From Thermoanaerobaculia bacterium (GTDB lineage Bacteria > Acidobacteriota > Thermoanaerobaculia > Multivoradales > JAGPDF01), in assembly GCA_963719555.1 (NCBI GenBank), contig CAVRCL010000003.1, positions 3,757 to 67,756 of the forward strand: a stretch of DNA of 64,000 nt, written 5' to 3'. A program made the position numbers and the translations under genes. The notes beneath the pieces were generated by a model. It did no database searches. It saw only the letters and a program-made list of their open reading frames with translations, and had not been told where the DNA came from. Of this stretch, positions 57,575 through 64,000 are shown in pieces (positions within the stretch are counted from its first letter, which is position 1; every line of letters begins with the position of its first letter).

Positions 57575-58536
57575 TCAGGCCAGCGGCGGCTCCGGCAGAG
57601 GGAGGCGGCCCGGAGGCCCGGCGAGCACGCCGCGGAACTTCGCCACGACCGCGCCGGCGTTGCCCCGCGGCAGCTCGCGCAGAGCGCGGCCGGGATCGCC
57701 ACCGCGGTCCAGAAGAGGAAACCCGCCCAGCCCGGCCGCGCCGGCGTACTTGCGCACGAAGATCGCCGTCGAGCGCCCGGTGCGGAAGGTCCTGCCCGGC
57801 AGTGTAGCCGCCGGTGGTCGGCGAGACCATGTGCCAGAGCCGCGCCCGATGGGCGTACCAGCAGCGGAAACCGGCCCGCTTCATGCGCACGCACCAGTCG
57901 GCGTCCTCGACCGAGACGTGGTAGACGGGATCCCAGAGACCGGTGGCGAGCATCGCCTCGCGGCGGATCAGCATCAAGGCGCCGTTGACGTAGTCGACCT
58001 CGCCGTCGCGATCGTACTGCCCGCGATCGAGCTCCCCCATCCCCCGCTCCCGGGTGACCGACTCGCGGAAGCGGAGCTTCCCGCCGGTCGACCAGAGGCG
58101 GTTGCGGTCGCCGAAGAAGTAGTAGCACTTCGGTCCGGCGCAGCCGATGCGTCGGATCCGGCCGCGACCGCCGCGACCAGCTCGCGCAGCAGATCGGGCG
58201 CCACCTCGATGTCGTTGTTCATCGGCATCAGGTAGTCCCAGCCCTCTTCGAGGCCGACCCGGAAGCCGAGGTTGAGACCCGCCTGAGATGCCGAGATTCA
58301 CCTCGGTGCGCAGGCGCCGGACGGCGGGAAAGGCCTCGGCGACGGCGGCGTCGGAGCCGTCGGTCGAGCCGTTGTCGACGACCAGGATGCCGAGCCCCGG
58401 ATAGTCGAGGGCGAGGAGGCTCGCCACGGTCGCGAGCGTCATCTCGCGACCGTTGTAGTTGAGGACGATCGCCAGGACCTCGCGGACCGGCCGACCCGTC
58501 GGCTCGCCCGGACCGGAGCCGGCTGGCGCGGGCTCA
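57575..58536 (-). pseudogene. Family-2 glycosyltransferase (rhamnosyltransferase-like), frame-disrupted. The 5' boundary is approximate.
   Basis: [41 protein letters not shown] (frame of ORF 56169..59687). [15 protein letters not shown] (ORF 57974..58228). [14 protein letters not shown]...[16 protein letters not shown]. The C-terminus is in ORF 57575..57757. Confidence 0.7.
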
Positions 58537-59687
58537 CGTAGCTCAGCAGGTGCCGCGCGATGACCAGGCGCTGCATCTCGCTCGTGCCTTCGTAGATCGT
58601 CGTGACCCGCACGTCGCGGTAGAGCCGGGCGATCTCGTACTCCTCGCTGCAACCGTTGCCACCGTGGATCTGCAGCGACATCCCAGACCGCCCGGTTGGC
58701 GGCTTCGCTGGCGTAGGCCTTGGCCTCCGCCGCCAGGCGACCCGGCGCTCGCCGCCTTCTCCGAGGCCGCGGCGTGCCAGAGCAGCACGCGCGCCGCGGC
58801 GAGCTCGGTCGCCATGCGCGCGAGCTGGAACTGGATCGCCTGGTGGCTGGCGATCGGCACGCCGAACTGCACCCGCTCCTTCGCATAGGCGACGGCGAGC
58901 TCGAGCGCCCGCTGGTGGATGCCGACCGCCTGCGCCGCGATCCCGAGGCGTGAGTGGTCGAGCGTCGCCAGGGCGATCTTGAAGCCGGCGCCCTCCACGC
59001 CGAGAAGCTGCCGGGCCGGCACCCGGCAGTCCGTGAACGGACCGCCGCGGTGACCGACGCGCGCAGGCCGAGCTTCTCCTCCGGCCGGCCGATCTGGATG
59101 CCGGGCGACGGCGGCGTCGACGACGAAGGCGGAGATCCCGCTGCTTGCCGGCGGCGGCATCGGTCTTCGCCATGACGACGAACGTCCCGGCGAAACCCTG
59201 CGTTGGTGATCCAGACCTTGGCGCCGTCGAGGATGTAGTCGTCGCCGTCCCGGCGGGCGCTGCTGAGCATCGCGCCGGCGTCGCTTCCCGAGCCGGCTTC
59301 GGTCAGGCAGAAGCCCCCGAGCGTCTTGCCGCTCGCGAGGTCCGGCAGAAACTGCCGCTTGACCTCCTCGCTGCCGAACTTCGCGATCGGCCAGCAGCAG
59401 ACCGAGTTCGAGACGCTCATCGTGACGCCGATCGAAGGACAGATGCGCGAGATCTCCTCGACCGCCAGGCAGTAGGAGAGCGGATCGAAGCCCGTCCCGC
59501 CGTAGCGCTCGTCGACCAGCATGCCGAGCAGACCCATGCTCTCCGGCTTCGCGCAAGAGATCTGCCGGAAAGGTGTGGGCGCGGTCGCGCTCGCGGACGC
59601 CGGGCAGGATCCGCTCCTCGGCGAACCGGCGGACCTCCTGGCGCAGCATCTCCTGTTCCTGCCGTGAAGGAGAAGTCGACTCGCCAC
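58537..59687 (-). pseudogene. Acyl-CoA dehydrogenase, with about 6 or more frame disruptions. The 3' boundary is approximate.
   Basis: Pieces alternate between ORF 56169..59687 ([29 protein letters not shown]...[17 protein letters not shown]...[11 protein letters not shown]), ORF 58543..59649 ([23 protein letters not shown]...[25 protein letters not shown]) and ORF 58439..59173 ([43 protein letters not shown]). Confidence 0.85.
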
Positions 59688-59694
59688 GGACGAG

Positions 59695-60844
<1,150 letters not shown>

Positions 60845-60953
60845 GATGACCCTCGCAGCGATGCTACCAGCGGCGCGGCGCGGCGGAAAGCGCAGGAGAA
60901 GATCCGCGCGGACGGCGCTTGGCCGGCGACCGATTCTGCGACAAGATCTGCAC

Positions 60954-61205
60954 ATGACGGCCGAATCGAACCGACTCACGTTCACCGACATCGAGATTCG
61001 CAGCTTCCTTCCCTCGGGCTGGGGAATCCGGCCGAACGGCGCCGGCACCTGGGACGCAGGCAGGAGCACCTACCAGATCGAGGTCTACGACCTCGCGGAC
61101 AACCTCTGGCCGCTGCGGGTCTCCGGCAAGGACGCCGCGGCCCACGGCCGGCTGGAAGCGCTCAAGCAGAGCATCGACAGCCTGTTCCGCAACGCCGTCC
61201 ATTGA
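60954..61205 (+). CDS. Small hypothetical protein (83 aa)
   Basis: ATG at 60954 inside ORF 60801..61205: MTAESNRLTFTDIEIRSFLPSGWGIRPNGAGTWDAGRSTYQIEVYDLADNLWPLRVSGKDAAAHGRLEALKQSIDSLFRNAVH. The composition is protein-like rather than the Arg/Pro shadow type. No family recognised. Confidence 0.35.
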   Translation: MTAESNRLTFTDIEIRSFLPSGWGIRPNGAGTWDAGRSTYQIEVYDLADNLWPLRVSGKDAAAHGRLEALKQSIDSLFRNAVH

Positions 61206-61789
61206 TTCTGCTCAGGCCGGCGACGTTCCCTGCGGCCGGCTTCCTGGCTTGACCGCCTCCGACCCCTCGCGGCAGAGCGGGCAGGCGTCGGGACTGTAAG
61301 TGGGCAAGTCGAGCGGCAGGAGCGCCGCGAACGGCACGGAGAAACCGTGCTTTCCTCCGCTGCGGTCGATGATCGACCCGATCCCGGCGACGACCGCGCC
61401 GGCGCTTTCGGCGAGCGCCGCCGTCTCCAGGGTCGACTTCCCGGTCGTCACCACGTCCTCGATGATCACCACGCGCTCTCCGGGTGCGAGCTCGAAACCC
61501 CGCCGCAGCGCCAGGCGCTCGCCGGCGCGCTCGGCGAAGCGGAAGGGAAGCCCGAGGGCCCGCGCCACTTCATGGCCGATGATGACCCCGCCCAGCGCCG
61601 GCGCCAGCACCGAATCCGGGGCGAGCGCCGGAGAGCTCCCGGGCCAGCGCCTCCCCGGCTGTCGCCGCCCGCTCCGGGTTCTCGAGCAGCAGCGCGCATT
61701 GAACGTAGGCCGGCGAGTGCAGACCGGAGGAGAGCAGAAAGTGCCCGCGGCGCAGGGCGCCGCAACCCTCGAGCGCCTCCAGAAGGCCG

Positions 61790-63184
<1,395 letters not shown>

Positions 63185-63198
63185 GGTTTCGAGTGTAA

Positions 63199-63236
63199 CA
63201 AACGAAAACGGGCCGGCTCGCGCTTCGAGCCGGCCC
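63199..63236 (-). terminator. Rho-independent terminator downstream of htrA
   Basis: On the minus strand: GGGCCGGCTCG-aagcg-CGAGCCGGCCC (11-bp perfect GC stem), followed by GTTTTCGTTTGTT. Confidence 0.75.
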
Positions 63237-63279
63237 GCCGGTCGTGCGCGCGCCTGGGCCGTGCCAGGCTGGTCCCCGC

Positions 63280-64000
63280 TCAGGGCACCCGAACGATGGC
63301 GAAATAGTTCGCCGGACGCCCACCCGGCGCCTGCCGATTGAGCCGCCGCAGATAGAGGCGCAGGAACGAGCCCGACGGAACTCCACCCACCAGGCTCTCG
63401 AACTCGCGTACGTTCGGTGTCGGCTGGCCGTTGACTTCCAGGATCAGGTCGCCTTCCGCGACGCCCTCGTCGTAGAGCGGGCTGGAAGCCGTGACTTCCC
63501 GGACCATCACGCCCTTCGACCGTCCCGGCCAGCCCCAGACTCTGGCGCAGCGCCGGAGTCAGGTCCTGGTACTCGAGGCCGAGCCAGCCGAAGCCGCGCG
63601 AACCCTCTTCGTCCTCGTCCCCGGCCGCCGCGACCTCGTCGGTCTGGCGCTCCGAGAGCTCCACGGTCCGGCGAACCTTCTTGCCGTCGCGCAGGATCTC
63701 GAGCTCGACCTTCTTGCCCGGCCCCTGCGCCGAGACGTAGTCGATCAGATCGCGTGTCTCCTTGATCTTGCGTCCGTCGACCGACAACACCACGTCGCCG
63801 TGCTCGACCCCCGCCTTCGCCGCCGGCGAGTCCTCGACAACCTGCGTCACCAGGGCGCCGCCGGCCTCGGAAAGACCAAAGGCCTGCGCGCGGTCGAAGT
63901 CGATGTTGGTGATGTTGACCCCGATGTAGCCCCGGCTGACCTTGCCCTTCTCCTTGAGCTGGGGCAGAACCGCCTTGAGCGTGCTCACCGGCACCGCGAA
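63280..64000 (-). pseudogene. htrA: HtrA/DegP-family serine protease, C-terminal PDZ region only. The 5' end lies beyond the right edge. One frame disruption near 63520.
   Basis: ORF 61790..63994 N-terminal part: GKVSRGYIGVNITNI...ALVTQVVEDSPAAKAGVEHGDVVLSVDGRKI (PDZ1). ORF 63280..63510: VREVTASSPLYDEGVAEGDLILEVNGQPTPNVREFESLV (PDZ2), ending at 63280. Confidence 0.8.

Overview
Very GC-rich chromosomal segment, by eye about two-thirds G+C (not computed). It comes from a diderm bacterium: Tol-Pal, Pal, LptE and Hfq are present. No lineage can be assigned from sequence alone. The content is almost entirely core housekeeping genes.

Left to right:
- 1-6.1 kb: polX (partial), metK, a DUF84-like NTPase, a TrmH-family methyltransferase, etfBA.
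- 6.2-11.5 kb: a complete tolQ-tolR-tolA-tolB-pal-ybgF cluster, then rpsT.
- 11.5-17.4 kb: lptE-leuS, a transglutaminase-like protein, nusB-ribH, an SDR.
- 17.4-20.3 kb: hicAB, tRNA-Pro(GGG), a MerR regulator, der, tRNA-Leu(CAG).
- 20.3-23.4 kb: a five-gene GT2 / deacetylase / FabG / ACP / hot-dog dehydratase operon.
- 23.5-34.4 kb: a nuo locus in the order A-E-F-G-H-J-K-L-M-N, with no nuoB/C/D/I.
- 34.5-35.1 kb: an orphan pseudopilin-like gene.
- 35.2-60.8 kb: about 25.7 kb of uninterrupted minus-strand genes. These are rsmD, an unknown ORF, a CCA-adding-like enzyme, dnaE, pgsA, a lipoprotein, hfq, miaA, comEC, a hypothetical, coaX, birA, valS, a response regulator, the MCM B12 subunit, a sulfatase, DinB, the MCM catalytic subunit, a GT2 and two acyl-CoA dehydrogenases.
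- 60.9-64 kb: a small ORF, pyrE, an NtrC-type sigma-54 activator and htrA (partial).

No CRISPR array, transposase, integrase or prophage gene was seen.

The dominant unusual property is technical or structural. Dozens of single-nucleotide frame disruptions break essential genes (dnaE, valS, leuS, most nuo genes, comEC, mcm, ACADs). They are strongly clustered, leaving multi-kb blocks and some individual genes perfectly intact. Many long ORFs in the supplied track are therefore chimeras of out-of-frame pieces, and the gene boundaries given for disrupted genes are approximate.

I did not find convincing evidence of a dramatic new system. The most interesting biological candidates are the ketosynthase-less ACP/GT2/deacetylase operon, the nuo locus lacking its Q-module genes, and the split acyl-CoA mutase neighbourhood.
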